Positions 27,993-38,833 are shown, counted from the first letter of the stretch. The stretch: 62,415 bases of DNA from Candidatus Thorarchaeota archaeon (GCA_016839445.1 JAEOUG010000100.1:1-62415); one strand, 5' to 3'. Program-made: numbers and translations. The notes: generated by a model not told the origin, from the sequence alone.

Positions 27993-28541
27993 ATGATACG
28001 CATGTCTGAGAACAGTAAATGGGATGAAGGAGTCACCTACAAGCAGTTCCTTAGTAATGCAAGAGAGAACGTCGAGATGATCAAGGCTCGATTCAAGGAC
28101 TTCCTTCTCAGTGAAGAAGACCTGGAGGACGTTAAGAGCCTGAAGAACGAGATCCGGATTCTCGTCATTGGAACGGAGCGCTGCAATGACACAGCTGGCA
28201 ACCTCCCGATTCTCGCCAAGATTGCTGAGGTCTCCCCCAAGGTCGATCTGCGAATTCTTGATAGTGACAAGCATGCCCAGTATCATCAGCTGTTCAAAGT
28301 CAATGGGAAGAGAAAGACGCCAGTTGTGCTGTTTCTCAACTCACAGAATGAAGAGCTCTGCAGGTGGGTGGAGCGCCCAAATGCAGCCTACAAGATTATC
28401 AACGAGGCAAGCAGCCCCTCTCTTGAGGACCGCCGGAAGGCTCTCAAGCAGTTGTACAGCGACCCAGAGATTCAGCGCCAGAGCTTCTACGAATTCATGG
28501 GGCTCATACTGCGGTCAGACTTCATCCTTGGAAGAGCCTGA
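27993..28541 (+). CDS. Thioredoxin-like protein (CxD type)
   Basis: GTERCNDT...PIL, KTPVV, RWVERP. Confidence 0.75.
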   Translation: MIRMSENSKWDEGVTYKQFLSNARENVEMIKARFKDFLLSEEDLEDVKSLKNEIRILVIGTERCNDTAGNLPILAKIAEVSPKVDLRILDSDKHAQYHQLFKVNGKRKTPVVLFLNSQNEELCRWVERPNAAYKIINEASSPSLEDRRKALKQLYSDPEIQRQSFYEFMGLILRSDFILGRA

Positions 28542-28542
28542 T

Positions 28543-29196
28543 ATGACACACTTGGGAAAAGCTGACTGGACCGATCCTGAGCGAGTCAGAAGAATGGCTG
28601 ATAGCTACAAGTTGAGATATGACACTGCCTTCTGGCAGGCGTTTGAGGAACTCGTGGGAACAGATCCCCGCGAAGTCGTGGCAGATTTCGGGTGTGGTCC
28701 GGGTCTCTTGCTGGCTGATCTGGTCAAGCGACTAGCCTCCACCGTAGCTCGTGGTGTCGACGAGAGTCCCGAGATGCTAGGCTACGCCGAGACTGCACTG
28801 ACTGATGTCGATGGCATTGAATCGCACTCTTTGCAGCAGGCGAACTTCGACGAAGATGGTATTCCCCTTGACTCAGAATCGGTTGACCTAGGTTTCTGCG
28901 GCTTCATGCTCCATGAGGTCTCCTCGCCGTCAGCCTTCTTGGCGGAGGCCTTCAGGGTAGTCAGGAGAGAAGGGGTCTACGTTGTCTACGATTACGTGTC
29001 CGGGAACAGAGATGCCTTCATTCGGATAATGAGTTCCGGTGGAATGGACCCTTCCCGCGCGGCAAAGCGCTATCCACACATGTGCAAGCATTCGGTGGAT
29101 GACATTGAGGGCCTTCTCAGAAGCAGCGGATTCCAAGATGTGCAATCCATAGTGTTGGACGGTATCAGGGTGGTCGCAGCTGGGTTAAAGTATTGA
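28543..29196 (+). CDS. Class I SAM-dependent methyltransferase
   Basis: ADFGCGPG, GVDES, FMLHEV; start moved to ATG 28543. Confidence 0.85.
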   Translation: MTHLGKADWTDPERVRRMADSYKLRYDTAFWQAFEELVGTDPREVVADFGCGPGLLLADLVKRLASTVARGVDESPEMLGYAETALTDVDGIESHSLQQANFDEDGIPLDSESVDLGFCGFMLHEVSSPSAFLAEAFRVVRREGVYVVYDYVSGNRDAFIRIMSSGGMDPSRAAKRYPHMCKHSVDDIEGLLRSSGFQDVQSIVLDGIRVVAAGLKY

Positions 29197-29220
29197 TTTG
29201 GAGAACACTGACTAGAAGGT

Positions 29221-29424
29221 ATGACGGCAATGCATGACAACAGGAAGGAGTCCCCGTGGGCGTACGATGACTCAGGACTCCGCTGTCCGCGTTGTCAGAG
29301 CAACCGAATATCAAGAATCCTCGATTCATGGGCACTGCAGCGCGGCATCCAGATGTTCAAATGTAATGCGTGTGGAAAGAAGTTCTATCACAAAGGTTTT
29401 GATGACTATCACCCCACCTACTGA
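29221..29424 (+). CDS. Small Zn-ribbon protein
   Basis: CPRCQS...QMFKCNACGKKF. Confidence 0.7.
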   Translation: MTAMHDNRKESPWAYDDSGLRCPRCQSNRISRILDSWALQRGIQMFKCNACGKKFYHKGFDDYHPTY

Positions 29425-29456
29425 CTTCGCGGGAGGACCTGGCCCTGTACGGCAGA

Positions 29457-30581
29457 ATGAACCAGCTCAAGTATCCCTTCTCCACTGAGGCCAGAGAGAC
29501 TTCCCTGAAACTTGCTCGGGATCTGGGCGATCTTGTCGAGTTCGTGAGCAGACCAAGCAACGAGTACATAGTCAGGGAGGCGGAGGAGCGAGTTCTAGCA
29601 GCACTTACCAAGTCAGAGATACGGTATCCTTCTATGCAGGACGAGCGTGATGTGCTAGTCTATTCGACCTCCAGGCTGATTGTGGAGTCCATTGGCAACC
29701 CACGGCTCCGCGCGCTTCAGGCTGTGGCCGAAGAGAAGGCGGCAAACAAGGCATTGGACAAGGAGGACCCGGAATCCCTCAGAGAGCTCTGCTCGACCTC
29801 CTTCCGCTGGTCGATTGAGTCGATGGGCGATGTTGGAGAGAGAGCCTCCCTCCCTCTCCAGATGAGGACGTACGAATTCAAGATTCGATTCGAGAACTTC
29901 CTTGAAGTTGCCCCTATGATTCGAGCTCCAGAGTGGAATCTCATAAACAGGTTTCTCGATCGAGGATGGGTGCCAATCAGGAGGTCTGAGCTGGTTCGAC
30001 TTGCATCAGGCAAGTTTCATCAGATAATCAAGGCTGGGCGGCTAGACTTGCCACCCTTGTCTGAGCGTCTCGCCGCAGCAGTTGAGCGATTAGGCGCGGA
30101 AATGCCGTCCCACCTCAGACAGCTTGAGCCGCTCAAGTTTGAAGACGTAGAGCAGTCCGCCTTTCCTCCATGCATGGCTCTCCTGTACGCCAAACAGAAG
30201 AGTGGTGAGGAGAACCTGCCTCACTTCGCACGATTCGCCCTCGCAGCCTTTCTCAATCGAATTAACCTGGATCGCGATGAGATTCTGAAGTTGTTTGAGC
30301 AGGCACCGGACCGCCACAAGCGGGTCATCGAGTATCAGGTGGATCATATTTCTCGCAAGAGAACCTCTGATGACGATGAAACCGGATATGTCCCTCCCAA
30401 TTGCAGCAAAATCATCTCTCAGCGACTCTGCCCCGTTGACAACCAGGAAACGTTTGACCCGCTTTGCGAATACATTCTCAACCCGTTGTCCTTCTATTCC
30501 ACTAGGTACTGGGAGGAGTCAAAGAACGTTACGAACCACTCATGGTATGCAAACAAGTGGGAGAAGAAGCAGACATTCTAG
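29457..30581 (+). CDS. priL: DNA primase large subunit
   Basis: KYPF, FPPCM, LPHFARFALAAFL, YQVDHI, YVPPNC, LCP, NPLSFY. Confidence 0.9.
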   Translation: MNQLKYPFSTEARETSLKLARDLGDLVEFVSRPSNEYIVREAEERVLAALTKSEIRYPSMQDERDVLVYSTSRLIVESIGNPRLRALQAVAEEKAANKALDKEDPESLRELCSTSFRWSIESMGDVGERASLPLQMRTYEFKIRFENFLEVAPMIRAPEWNLINRFLDRGWVPIRRSELVRLASGKFHQIIKAGRLDLPPLSERLAAAVERLGAEMPSHLRQLEPLKFEDVEQSAFPPCMALLYAKQKSGEENLPHFARFALAAFLNRINLDRDEILKLFEQAPDRHKRVIEYQVDHISRKRTSDDDETGYVPPNCSKIISQRLCPVDNQETFDPLCEYILNPLSFYSTRYWEESKNVTNHSWYANKWEKKQTF

Positions 30582-31429
30582 GTCGGACAGGGAGTTCGTC
30601 CCCGACTCCTGGTGTAGTGGAAGAGGTACTCTTGCGCATACCCAGCGAAGCGGCCGAAGTGCGCTCGAGCGGCAGCTGATTTCCTCGCATAGGTCTTGCC
30701 AGAAGCCGTGAATATTCCGTAGTGTTCTTGGATGACTCGTTCAATCCAGACGTCAATCGGAAAGGCCTCAAGGAATCCTAGGGAGAAGAGGCATACGCAA
30801 TCTGCCACCTTGTCACCCACCCCATGCAGGGTCTTGAGTTCACTTCTTGCCTCCTCGTACGTCTGCCCTTTGAGTGACTCGTGTGTTGCATGTCCCTCTG
30901 TAATTGCTTCTGAAGTCCTCTTGATGTATTTCGCTCGGAAGCCTAGGCCGAGACCTCTGAGCTCAGTAATGGTGGACCTAGCGAGAACATCAGGACCTGG
31001 CATTCCGAAGTATGTGTTACCGCGAAAGCGGTACTGGGGTCCCCAAGTCTCCCTAATCCGTTTCATCGATAACTGAATGGCGGGAATGTTCTTCCAGATG
31101 GAGCAGATGAATGATATGAGACAGGAGAAGAAGGGGTCTCTCACGATTCTGAGTCCCGGGGCGAACTCAATGCTTTCCCTCATGATTCCATCTCTGGCCA
31201 ATTCCGTCTTTATCTTGTCAATCGGGTCGCGGAGTCCAAGCAGTGTTTTGAGATCGATATCATTGTCCTGAGAGGCTTCATAGAAGATTTCCCTCCCTCT
31301 CTGTTCGATGTATACCACCTGCCCCACGTCTGCATTGACGTATCCTCTTCCCTCCTTTATCCAAGAGAAGCTCTGTCCACAGTTCAGGGTATCTTCCAGA
31401 CTGAATTCGGTGGTTGAGAGGGAGTCCAT
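30578..31429 (-). CDS. 8-oxoguanine DNA glycosylase (OGG1-like)
   Basis: TLNCGQSFSW, LISFICS, GLGFRAKYI, GVGDKVADCVCLFSL, FPIDVW, AGYAQEYLF. Confidence 0.9.
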   Translation of the reverse strand: MDSLSTTEFSLEDTLNCGQSFSWIKEGRGYVNADVGQVVYIEQRGREIFYEASQDNDIDLKTLLGLRDPIDKIKTELARDGIMRESIEFAPGLRIVRDPFFSCLISFICSIWKNIPAIQLSMKRIRETWGPQYRFRGNTYFGMPGPDVLARSTITELRGLGLGFRAKYIKRTSEAITEGHATHESLKGQTYEEARSELKTLHGVGDKVADCVCLFSLGFLEAFPIDVWIERVIQEHYGIFTASGKTYARKSAAARAHFGRFAGYAQEYLFHYTRSRGRTPCPT

Positions 31430-31520
31430 TATCGAATTCACTCGGTTTGGCAGAATTGAGTCTTCCGCTGTGGGTCCTCGGGAAAGGTAAGTACTAAAAG
31501 CGCTAAGAACTCCTCCTCCA

Positions 31521-31587
31521 TGCGGCAGTGATGAGCTCCCTTTGTGATTGTGAACAGATGATCGGTCTGGTGAGCATCTGAGCCGCA
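31521..31587 (+). ncRNA. Box C/D methylation-guide sRNA candidate
   Basis: TGCGGC-A-GTGATGA (C box 31528-34); degenerate D' GTGA and C' ATGATCG; D box CTGA 31578-81; then GCCGCA, a perfect 6-bp K-turn closing stem; pyrimidine tract after; intergenic. Confidence 0.8.
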
Positions 31588-31594
31588 CTTCTTC

Positions 31595-32077
31595 TCAGAT
31601 ATCAGTGGCCTCACGCATGACCAGGTCAAGAATTAGATTGAGCTGCCCTGTGTGAAAAACTGGAACGCTAGGCCTCTCTACTTCGTTGCTCTTCTTCCAT
31701 GTGACTACAGCCATTGTGTTTGTAGGCAGGTCCTCGAGGTCATCGCTGTCGCCCAGACACCACACCTTTGGGAATGGACTGCTCTTCATTCCTTCAATGA
31801 TGAGGAAATCTACATCTCCTCCCTCGGCATCCTTCAGGAGCCTCGCCAGGTCCGCACTGCTATCCGCTGGCTTCGATTGGTCGATGAAGATGGTGAAGGA
31901 TGAGCCGGCTTGTCGATGACGCCAAGTGTCTGACCCCTCCTCCTCGCCCTTCGCATGCATTGAGCTCTTCAGGGTCGCTACTCTGTATCCACTTCCCACA
32001 AGTGCGCCGACAATCCGCTCAACAAGGGTTGTCTTTCCGCTACCGGAGTACCCAGACACTGCGAAGACTCTTGTCAC
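31595..32077 (-). CDS. mobB: Molybdopterin-guanine dinucleotide biosynthesis protein B
   Basis: SGYSGSGKTTL, VATLK, SDTWRHRQAG, IIEGMK. Confidence 0.85.
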   Translation of the reverse strand: MTRVFAVSGYSGSGKTTLVERIVGALVGSGYRVATLKSSMHAKGEEEGSDTWRHRQAGSSFTIFIDQSKPADSSADLARLLKDAEGGDVDFLIIEGMKSSPFPKVWCLGDSDDLEDLPTNTMAVVTWKKSNEVERPSVPVFHTGQLNLILDLVMREATDI

Positions 32078-32201
32078 AGTGAAGATGGCTGCCCTGCAGC
32101 ATAAGGCAGTTTCTGTCTTTCTTGGAAGAAAACAACAGACTGCTCAAAGCATTTCCCTTAAAACGGGGTCATGCTCTTTTCGGAACCCGGTGATATCGCC
32201 A

Positions 32202-32975
32202 TTGGCAACTGACAAGCACGCGGCAGTAGAGTGTATAGATGTCCGCCGCGATTTCCAAGATGGTACTAGAGTTATCAAGGTCCTACAGGGCACCAATCTC
32301 ACCGTATACCGCGGTGAGTTCGTGGCTATCGTAGGAGCTAGTGGGTCCGGCAAGACCACGCTTCTCAATCTGATAGGAGGTCTCGACACACCCACCTCCG
32401 GCCAGATCCTCGTGGACGGAAAGGACATTACGAAGCTCAATGACGAGCAGATGTCAGAGGTTCGCAGACACAAGATAGGCGTGCTCTTCCAAGACCAACA
32501 CCTGTTGCCAATCTTCACCGCTCTTGAGAATGTGGAGGTCCCGATGCTCCTTGATGAGATCAAGACCGAGGAGCGCAGGAAGCGAGCCATGAAGCTTCTG
32601 GAAATGATGCAGGTCGACCATCGTGCTCAGCACATGCCCCACGAGCTCTCGGGCGGGATGCGCTCACGAGTCGCTCTTGCTAGGGCTCTTGCTATGGACC
32701 CCGCTGTCCTTCTATGCGACGAGCCCACTGGCGATCTAGACCATGCCACGGGCGCAGAGATTATCCAGCTGATGCGAAATCTGGCTAAGAAGCAGAATCG
32801 AGCTGTTCTTGCAGCAACACATGATCCAGAGACCGCCAGGATGGCGGACAGAATACTTCTACTCCGTGACGGAGTCTTGGTGGACGAGCTGGTTGGAGAC
32901 TACTTCAAGCCCAGCCGGGTTGAAGTTCGGGCCCGGGGGTCTGACCCCTCGGCGGCTGAGGAATCGTCAAGCTAG
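32202..32975 (+). CDS. ABC ATPase, LolD/MacB type
   Basis: GASGSGKTT, LSGGMRSR, LCDEPTGDLD; TTG start with GGTGA SD. Confidence 0.9.
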   Translation: MATDKHAAVECIDVRRDFQDGTRVIKVLQGTNLTVYRGEFVAIVGASGSGKTTLLNLIGGLDTPTSGQILVDGKDITKLNDEQMSEVRRHKIGVLFQDQHLLPIFTALENVEVPMLLDEIKTEERRKRAMKLLEMMQVDHRAQHMPHELSGGMRSRVALARALAMDPAVLLCDEPTGDLDHATGAEIIQLMRNLAKKQNRAVLAATHDPETARMADRILLLRDGVLVDELVGDYFKPSRVEVRARGSDPSAAEESSS

Positions 32976-32986
32976 GAGTGATCTGA

Positions 32987-35911
32987 GTGGCCACTGGAAG
33001 AAAGACGAAGAAACTCATCACTCGCGGCAACAGAGGCTACGGACTCTCGTATGCCCTTAGCGCCATCAGGGCGAATCCGTTTAGGGCAATCACGCTAGCT
33101 CTGACACTAAGCCTGGGTATCAGCCTGTTTGCATCCACAATGGTATGGGGTGATACCGGGGTCTACGTCAGCATCTATGAGTATCTGGGCGACAATGCCT
33201 ACCAAGTTCAGATGACAGCCGCAGATGAGGTGGCTCCTTCTCTCAGACATGAGGCTCTTGCTGAGGCCGAAGAACATCTCCTCGACAGTCCCTTTGTGGA
33301 GAGCGTCTATCGAGTCAATTCGACGATAGGGTTAGTGAACGCTACTAGTCTGCCAGACTCTACTGTGTATGACTTCACAGGACATGTCTATAGTGATGGC
33401 ATGAAGGACTGTCAGGTCATCTTCGTTGATAATGAGTTTCTCAACATAACCCGGAACGAGTTCTGGGTGTCAGGAGACTTCCAGCTGGGAACAGGTGACG
33501 TCATCGTTTCAGCGGCGTGGACCTACTATGTCTACGTTCTGTTCGGCGTTCAGGTTGAAGTGGGCGACATCGTGGATATCGACCTCCTTACCGGAGACGT
33601 CGCGCGTGACCCATATGGGGACCCGGAGGCCGCACAGATTGGCGACCTTGGAAGGATCTCACTGACTTCTCTTCGTGTGGTCGGCATCTTCGACCCTCTG
33701 ACGCGTGACTCTATCATTGAGCGTGCACTTCCCTCCATCCCAAGAGAGAACTATCAGCAGGCAAACCTGAGATACCAGGTTCTAGGTATCCGTGACTCTG
33801 TACTGATTCTCAAGGACTCCATTCCTCCCGATACACTGTCTGATACTGGCTTCTTTGAGCCGACAACTCTGGTCCGTGTAGATGCAGCAGGACTTCGCGC
33901 TGGCGGTCCAGAAAACGTTGCAGGCAATCTGTTCGGCCTCTTTGTGGCTACCGGCGACACATACGACATCAACTGGTTTGGGATAGATCAGGTCTGGGAG
34001 TTGCAGGGCGCGGTCAACACCTATCTCTCTACTCTGGAGCTATCGATACTTGCCCTGCCTGTGATTCTTCTTGCATTATTCTTCTCGGTCTTTGCAGCGG
34101 ACACCTTCATGGCACCCAGGAAGTTGGAGATCGGAGTCATCAGGTCCAAGGGCGCGAGCTACTCGCAGGTGTCTAGTGTCTTCCTGTGGGAGTCGGCAAT
34201 TATCGCCTTGGTATCAGTCCTTCTCGGAATCATATTCAGCATCCTGTTCGCCCCACTGATTGCGTCATCGACAGGCTTCATGACCTTTGACTGGGACGTC
34301 TACATGTTCTACCTCTCCAATACTGTGCTCACTCTGTCCACGGTAGTGAGAGCTGTAGGGCTTACTGTGCTTCCAAGTCTGCTATTCATCCTCTATCAGG
34401 CCCGAAAGGTCGCCCAGACAGAGATTGGTCTCACCCTCATGGAAGTCACTGAAGATATGACGGAGCAACAGGAGTCCCACGGCTTCACCATAGGTGCGTC
34501 AATCACAATCCTCGTGCTGGCGCTAGTGAGCCTCTACTACCTTCCGAGGGATCCAATTGTCTTCGCGATGGGACTTGGCCTCTCTACGGCTGCTTGGTTC
34601 TTCATTGCCTACAATGGCTCACGAATTGCGAGGGTATCTCTGGCCAAGCTCTCTGCGAGACTCTCGTTCGCTCTTGGACAGAAGAATGTCATCTCAGCTG
34701 GTTATCTCAAGATGAGGAAGGGCCGCATCATCCCACTGATGGTCGTGTTGGTCCTCACAATCTCATCCACTATCGCCTTTGCTGTTCAGTCAGAGAGCCT
34801 GAGGGTTGATTTGGAGAGAGAAGTCAGCTATGCAATCGGCGCTGACCTCAGAGTAGAGACAACCCTTCGCGAATTCAGCTTCAACGGCACCATTGAATCG
34901 TACGAAGGCGTCATTGAAGCAACACCTGTGCTTGAAGCGTGGGGTCGGTACGGCATTGATGATATTACAATCGAATCGCTGAATGTGACCGCCTACGCCC
35001 GAATTGGGGCCTTCGCAGGATCGAGCTTCCCTGGCCAAGATACTAGCACAGTGCTGGCGGCATTGGCGTCTACCGAGAACGCCATCATCATCAGCGAGTA
35101 TCACTCACATCGCTGGAACAAGACAGTCGGCTCCACGATCGAGTTCACGATGAGCGGTATAGGGTCCACCCAGTCTGTCGACTTCGTTGTTGTGGGGATA
35201 GTCCACAGCGCTCCTGGGTTTGGATACGCCTCTCTCACAGACATGCCATACGCTCCCTTGGGCTCCGGCTTTGGCTTCCAAGCTCCCCTCTCAGGCTTTG
35301 CCCTGGCGAATCTCGGGTTCGTGGCCGATACAATCTCAGAGCAACGGACCGACCTATTCCTCGCCAGTCTGACAGACTCGGCCAATCGGACTGCACTTGC
35401 TGAGGACCTCCAGGCTCTCGCAGGGGTCTATCCCTACATTCCTGAGCTATTCGACCTGAAGGAGAACTCCCTACAGACAGCGCTCTTCCTGAACACCGTC
35501 GAGGGGCTCTTCTCGCTCGGATTCGCAATGTCCCTCGTTCTGAGCATCTTTGCGCTGACCATCTCGCTTGGCTCTGTAGTACGAGAGAGAAGGAAGGAGT
35601 ACGCCATCATGAGAGCGGTAGGTGGCTCAAAAAGACAGGTTGTGAGCATGGTGTTCTCAGAGTTCTCCGGAGTGGTGCTGGCATCGCTTGCACTCAGCCT
35701 GCTTCTTGGGGCCCTCTTTGGATTCGCCATGGGACTTCTCGTCAATGTCATGGCCCCATTCTCGAGGGTTCTAGCGGCCACGATATCCTTCCCCGTGTTC
35801 TTCCTTAGTGTCGTGCTTGCCGTGGAAATTGTGACGATGATAATAGGAGCCTACCTCCCCGCGAGGGAGGCGGCGAACACTGAACCTGCGGTGGTTCTGA
35901 GGAATCTATGA
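32987..35911 (+). CDS. Large FtsX/MacB-like ABC permease
   Basis: Two FtsX units (EIGVIRSKGAS; ERRKEYAIMRAVG) with large extracellular domains. Confidence 0.9.
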   Translation: MATGRKTKKLITRGNRGYGLSYALSAIRANPFRAITLALTLSLGISLFASTMVWGDTGVYVSIYEYLGDNAYQVQMTAADEVAPSLRHEALAEAEEHLLDSPFVESVYRVNSTIGLVNATSLPDSTVYDFTGHVYSDGMKDCQVIFVDNEFLNITRNEFWVSGDFQLGTGDVIVSAAWTYYVYVLFGVQVEVGDIVDIDLLTGDVARDPYGDPEAAQIGDLGRISLTSLRVVGIFDPLTRDSIIERALPSIPRENYQQANLRYQVLGIRDSVLILKDSIPPDTLSDTGFFEPTTLVRVDAAGLRAGGPENVAGNLFGLFVATGDTYDINWFGIDQVWELQGAVNTYLSTLELSILALPVILLALFFSVFAADTFMAPRKLEIGVIRSKGASYSQVSSVFLWESAIIALVSVLLGIIFSILFAPLIASSTGFMTFDWDVYMFYLSNTVLTLSTVVRAVGLTVLPSLLFILYQARKVAQTEIGLTLMEVTEDMTEQQESHGFTIGASITILVLALVSLYYLPRDPIVFAMGLGLSTAAWFFIAYNGSRIARVSLAKLSARLSFALGQKNVISAGYLKMRKGRIIPLMVVLVLTISSTIAFAVQSESLRVDLEREVSYAIGADLRVETTLREFSFNGTIESYEGVIEATPVLEAWGRYGIDDITIESLNVTAYARIGAFAGSSFPGQDTSTVLAALASTENAIIISEYHSHRWNKTVGSTIEFTMSGIGSTQSVDFVVVGIVHSAPGFGYASLTDMPYAPLGSGFGFQAPLSGFALANLGFVADTISEQRTDLFLASLTDSANRTALAEDLQALAGVYPYIPELFDLKENSLQTALFLNTVEGLFSLGFAMSLVLSIFALTISLGSVVRERRKEYAIMRAVGGSKRQVVSMVFSEFSGVVLASLALSLLLGALFGFAMGLLVNVMAPFSRVLAATISFPVFFLSVVLAVEIVTMIIGAYLPAREAANTEPAVVLRNL

Positions 35912-35920
35912 GGTGATCAT

Positions 35921-38830
35921 GTGGCGAAGAAAAACAAGAAGGGTGTCTTAAAGGGCAGCCGCCTCTGGTCACTGACATATGCCTTGTCGTCGCTTAGGAC
36001 ACACAAGGTCCGCAATACTGGCATAGCTCTTATCCTAGCTATCAGTATTGCTGTTCCCACCACAGTCTTTGCCTGGACAGAGACCGGTATGCAGCTAGCT
36101 GTTCGCGAGTACTTCGATGACAACGCATACCAGTTCAGCCTTAGCAACGACCCCGGCAACCATGACTATGCCGCGTTGTTTGCGGCACAGGACCAAGCTC
36201 TGGCCAGTCCGTTTACAGAATACGCGCAAGTGACTCCTAGCACGGTAGGGCTACTTCGGCTTGATGGAATCACGCCTGAGTGGGAGGACTACTACATGTC
36301 CGGGCTGAACTACTTGCTGGGCAAGAAGGATGCTCGAATTATTGTGGTTGATCAAGAGATACTGAGTGTTTGGAGGAATGAACTCGAATATGAGGGGAAC
36401 TTCTCACTCAATGTGGGCAAGGTCTTGGTTTCCCAGCGTTTCGTGGACACCGCATACCAGGTGACTGGGGTTGAGCTCGGTATCGGCGACGTGATTAGCA
36501 TCGACGTGCTACGGCACTACTACAGTCCACCAGTAGGACGTCCGTTCGATCCACTCCTCTTGAACCGCCAGATTGTGTACAATGTCACTATTGGTGCCAT
36601 CTTCCGAGTGGTTCGGCCTTCTATTGTGTCCAATTCCTATCCTCCAATACTTCGAGCCAATTGGGACCCACTTGATCCTCCTGAGTCAGTGCTGGGAATC
36701 AGCGACTCCATCATCATGCTGGATGACCAACTGGGCCCGGCTTCTGTGGAGGAAATCACGAACCACGGATTCTTTTCTCCTGTAGGATTCATTCGTGGCT
36801 CCTCTGATGGCCTCATTTCTGCAGGGTCCGAGAACGCCGCTGAGAATCTGCTCTTGTTGAAGATTCAGATAGAAGAGGAGAACGAAGTGGTTGCAGTAAG
36901 GGGCCTTGACAACGTCGAGGAGTTGCAGACCCACCTCACCACCTACCTCCAGAGTCAGGTTCTTGTCATTCTAGCACTACCAATCATGATAATGAGCCTG
37001 ATGCTGACCATCTTCACATCAGAGAGCTCTGTTGCGAACCGTCGTGGAGAAATCAGTGCGCTTCGATCTAAGGGGGCCTCGTTCGGGCAGGTATTCGCAG
37101 GCTTTGTGTGGGAAGCCACGATTCTGGCTGTCGTAGGTCTGACGTTTGGCATCCTGTTCAGCGCCTTTATGGCCCCACTCATGGGTTCATCCACAGGACT
37201 CCTTACCTTCGATCCGTTCAAGTATGCTGTATTCCTCGGTGAGCTCGACTTCCCGCTGGAGTCCCTTGGCATCGCAGCTGCTATCGCATTCTTCCTTCCA
37301 GCTTCCTATCTCGTACATGTCCAACGGAGGATTGATGTGAGCGAGATTGGGCAGCCCACTATTCGAGCGACCTTCGAGATACCTGAGGAGGTCAATGTCT
37401 GGGTCTACATCATCGCCTTGGCTGGCACTCTCTCGCTATTGCTGGCCATGCCGGTGCTTATGACCCCTACCGGGGCAAACGCGCTCCTTCAGATTGTGGC
37501 TGCCACAGGCATTCTGTTCCTCGCCTCCTACCTGGGTTCGCGGGCAATGAGACTCATCACAGCCGATGCATCAGAGCGCTCCGGTCGAGTTCTCGGAGAA
37601 AAGAAGCTCTATCTCACTCAGAGCCTTAGAAAGAGGAAGGGTCAATTCATACCGCTTCTGGTCATTCTGACGCTCACACTGACAACAACTAGCATGATGC
37701 TCATACAGACGGCTAGCTTCGAGAATACGGTCGCAAATGAGATGACCTATGCACTTGGAGCTGATGTCAGAGTCGAGACCTATGACAAGAACCTCGATTG
37801 GATCTCGACCCTGGAGTCATATGAGAACGTCACGGCCTACACGCCCATCATCACGAGCCTCTCCTCGAGAGATGCCGAGTCCTTTTATGTCAAGGGCATT
37901 GATGCAGATGACTATCTGAGCCTAGGGCGATTCAAACCGTCGAGCTTTGTGAGCGGTACCGCTAGCCAAGTGCTTAGTGCTCTGAATTCCACCGATGATG
38001 GCATCATCATAAGTCAGTTCTACGCAGAGCTCTGGAATGTGACGGTGGGATCTCTCTTCACGTTTCAGCTCACGACAAGTACAGGCTCCAAGATTCCCAT
38101 CTCATGCGAGATCGTTGGCATCATGAGGAGTGCTCCAGGCTTTGGGATGGCATCCACAAGGGATTTGGAAGGCGTGCCCTTTGGCGCATACTTCGGCTTC
38201 CAGCCTGGCCTCGGAGGCTTCGCCCTCAGTAACGTCAATTGGCTCTCTTGGGCTACTGGCATCAACGAGACAGACACATTCCTAGTTGGCACGAATTCGC
38301 CTGAGGCATCTCAAGCACTAGTCGATGAGGTCCTGGCTGACGAATGGAACGAGGTCTTCACTCCCGACACAATTGACCTCGGCTCGGATTCGGTTGCCGG
38401 GCTCTTCCTGGCTGGAATCGAAGGGCTGACCATGATAAGCTTCGTACTCTGCGCAGCAATGGGTCTGACTTCCATAATCCTGTTCCTTGGGGCTGCAGTG
38501 GCTGAGAGAGAGCCAGAGTACGCCCTCTTCAGAGCCATTGGCGGGACTAAGAGACAGATTGTCGCCCTTGTCTTCGGCGAGTTCGCCGGCAGCGTGTTCG
38601 CGGCCGTGCTTATCAGCTTCGGACTCGGTCTGCTGTTTGGATACACCATGACACTGCTTACGTTTGGCATATCCACGATATCTCCAATACTCCCGAAGGT
38701 TCTGACGTTCCCGGTCTTCGTGATGCTGCTGACAATAGCCTTCGAGGCTGTTGCTCTTACGCTGACATGCTACATACCCGCGCGCAGGGCGGGTAACACA
38801 GACCCTGCGGAAGTTCTGAGAAACCTATGA
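35921..38830 (+). CDS. Large FtsX/MacB-like ABC permease (paralog)
   Basis: EISALRSKGAS; EREPEYALFRAIG; both permeases end VLRNL. Confidence 0.9.
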   Translation: MAKKNKKGVLKGSRLWSLTYALSSLRTHKVRNTGIALILAISIAVPTTVFAWTETGMQLAVREYFDDNAYQFSLSNDPGNHDYAALFAAQDQALASPFTEYAQVTPSTVGLLRLDGITPEWEDYYMSGLNYLLGKKDARIIVVDQEILSVWRNELEYEGNFSLNVGKVLVSQRFVDTAYQVTGVELGIGDVISIDVLRHYYSPPVGRPFDPLLLNRQIVYNVTIGAIFRVVRPSIVSNSYPPILRANWDPLDPPESVLGISDSIIMLDDQLGPASVEEITNHGFFSPVGFIRGSSDGLISAGSENAAENLLLLKIQIEEENEVVAVRGLDNVEELQTHLTTYLQSQVLVILALPIMIMSLMLTIFTSESSVANRRGEISALRSKGASFGQVFAGFVWEATILAVVGLTFGILFSAFMAPLMGSSTGLLTFDPFKYAVFLGELDFPLESLGIAAAIAFFLPASYLVHVQRRIDVSEIGQPTIRATFEIPEEVNVWVYIIALAGTLSLLLAMPVLMTPTGANALLQIVAATGILFLASYLGSRAMRLITADASERSGRVLGEKKLYLTQSLRKRKGQFIPLLVILTLTLTTTSMMLIQTASFENTVANEMTYALGADVRVETYDKNLDWISTLESYENVTAYTPIITSLSSRDAESFYVKGIDADDYLSLGRFKPSSFVSGTASQVLSALNSTDDGIIISQFYAELWNVTVGSLFTFQLTTSTGSKIPISCEIVGIMRSAPGFGMASTRDLEGVPFGAYFGFQPGLGGFALSNVNWLSWATGINETDTFLVGTNSPEASQALVDEVLADEWNEVFTPDTIDLGSDSVAGLFLAGIEGLTMISFVLCAAMGLTSIILFLGAAVAEREPEYALFRAIGGTKRQIVALVFGEFAGSVFAAVLISFGLGLLFGYTMTLLTFGISTISPILPKVLTFPVFVMLLTIAFEAVALTLTCYIPARRAGNTDPAEVLRNL

Positions 38831-38833
38831 GGT

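Noticed and set aside
29221-29424. IS1 InsA-like Zn ribbon as a transposon remnant
   Set aside because: No catalytic transposase ORF, terminal inverted repeats or target duplication
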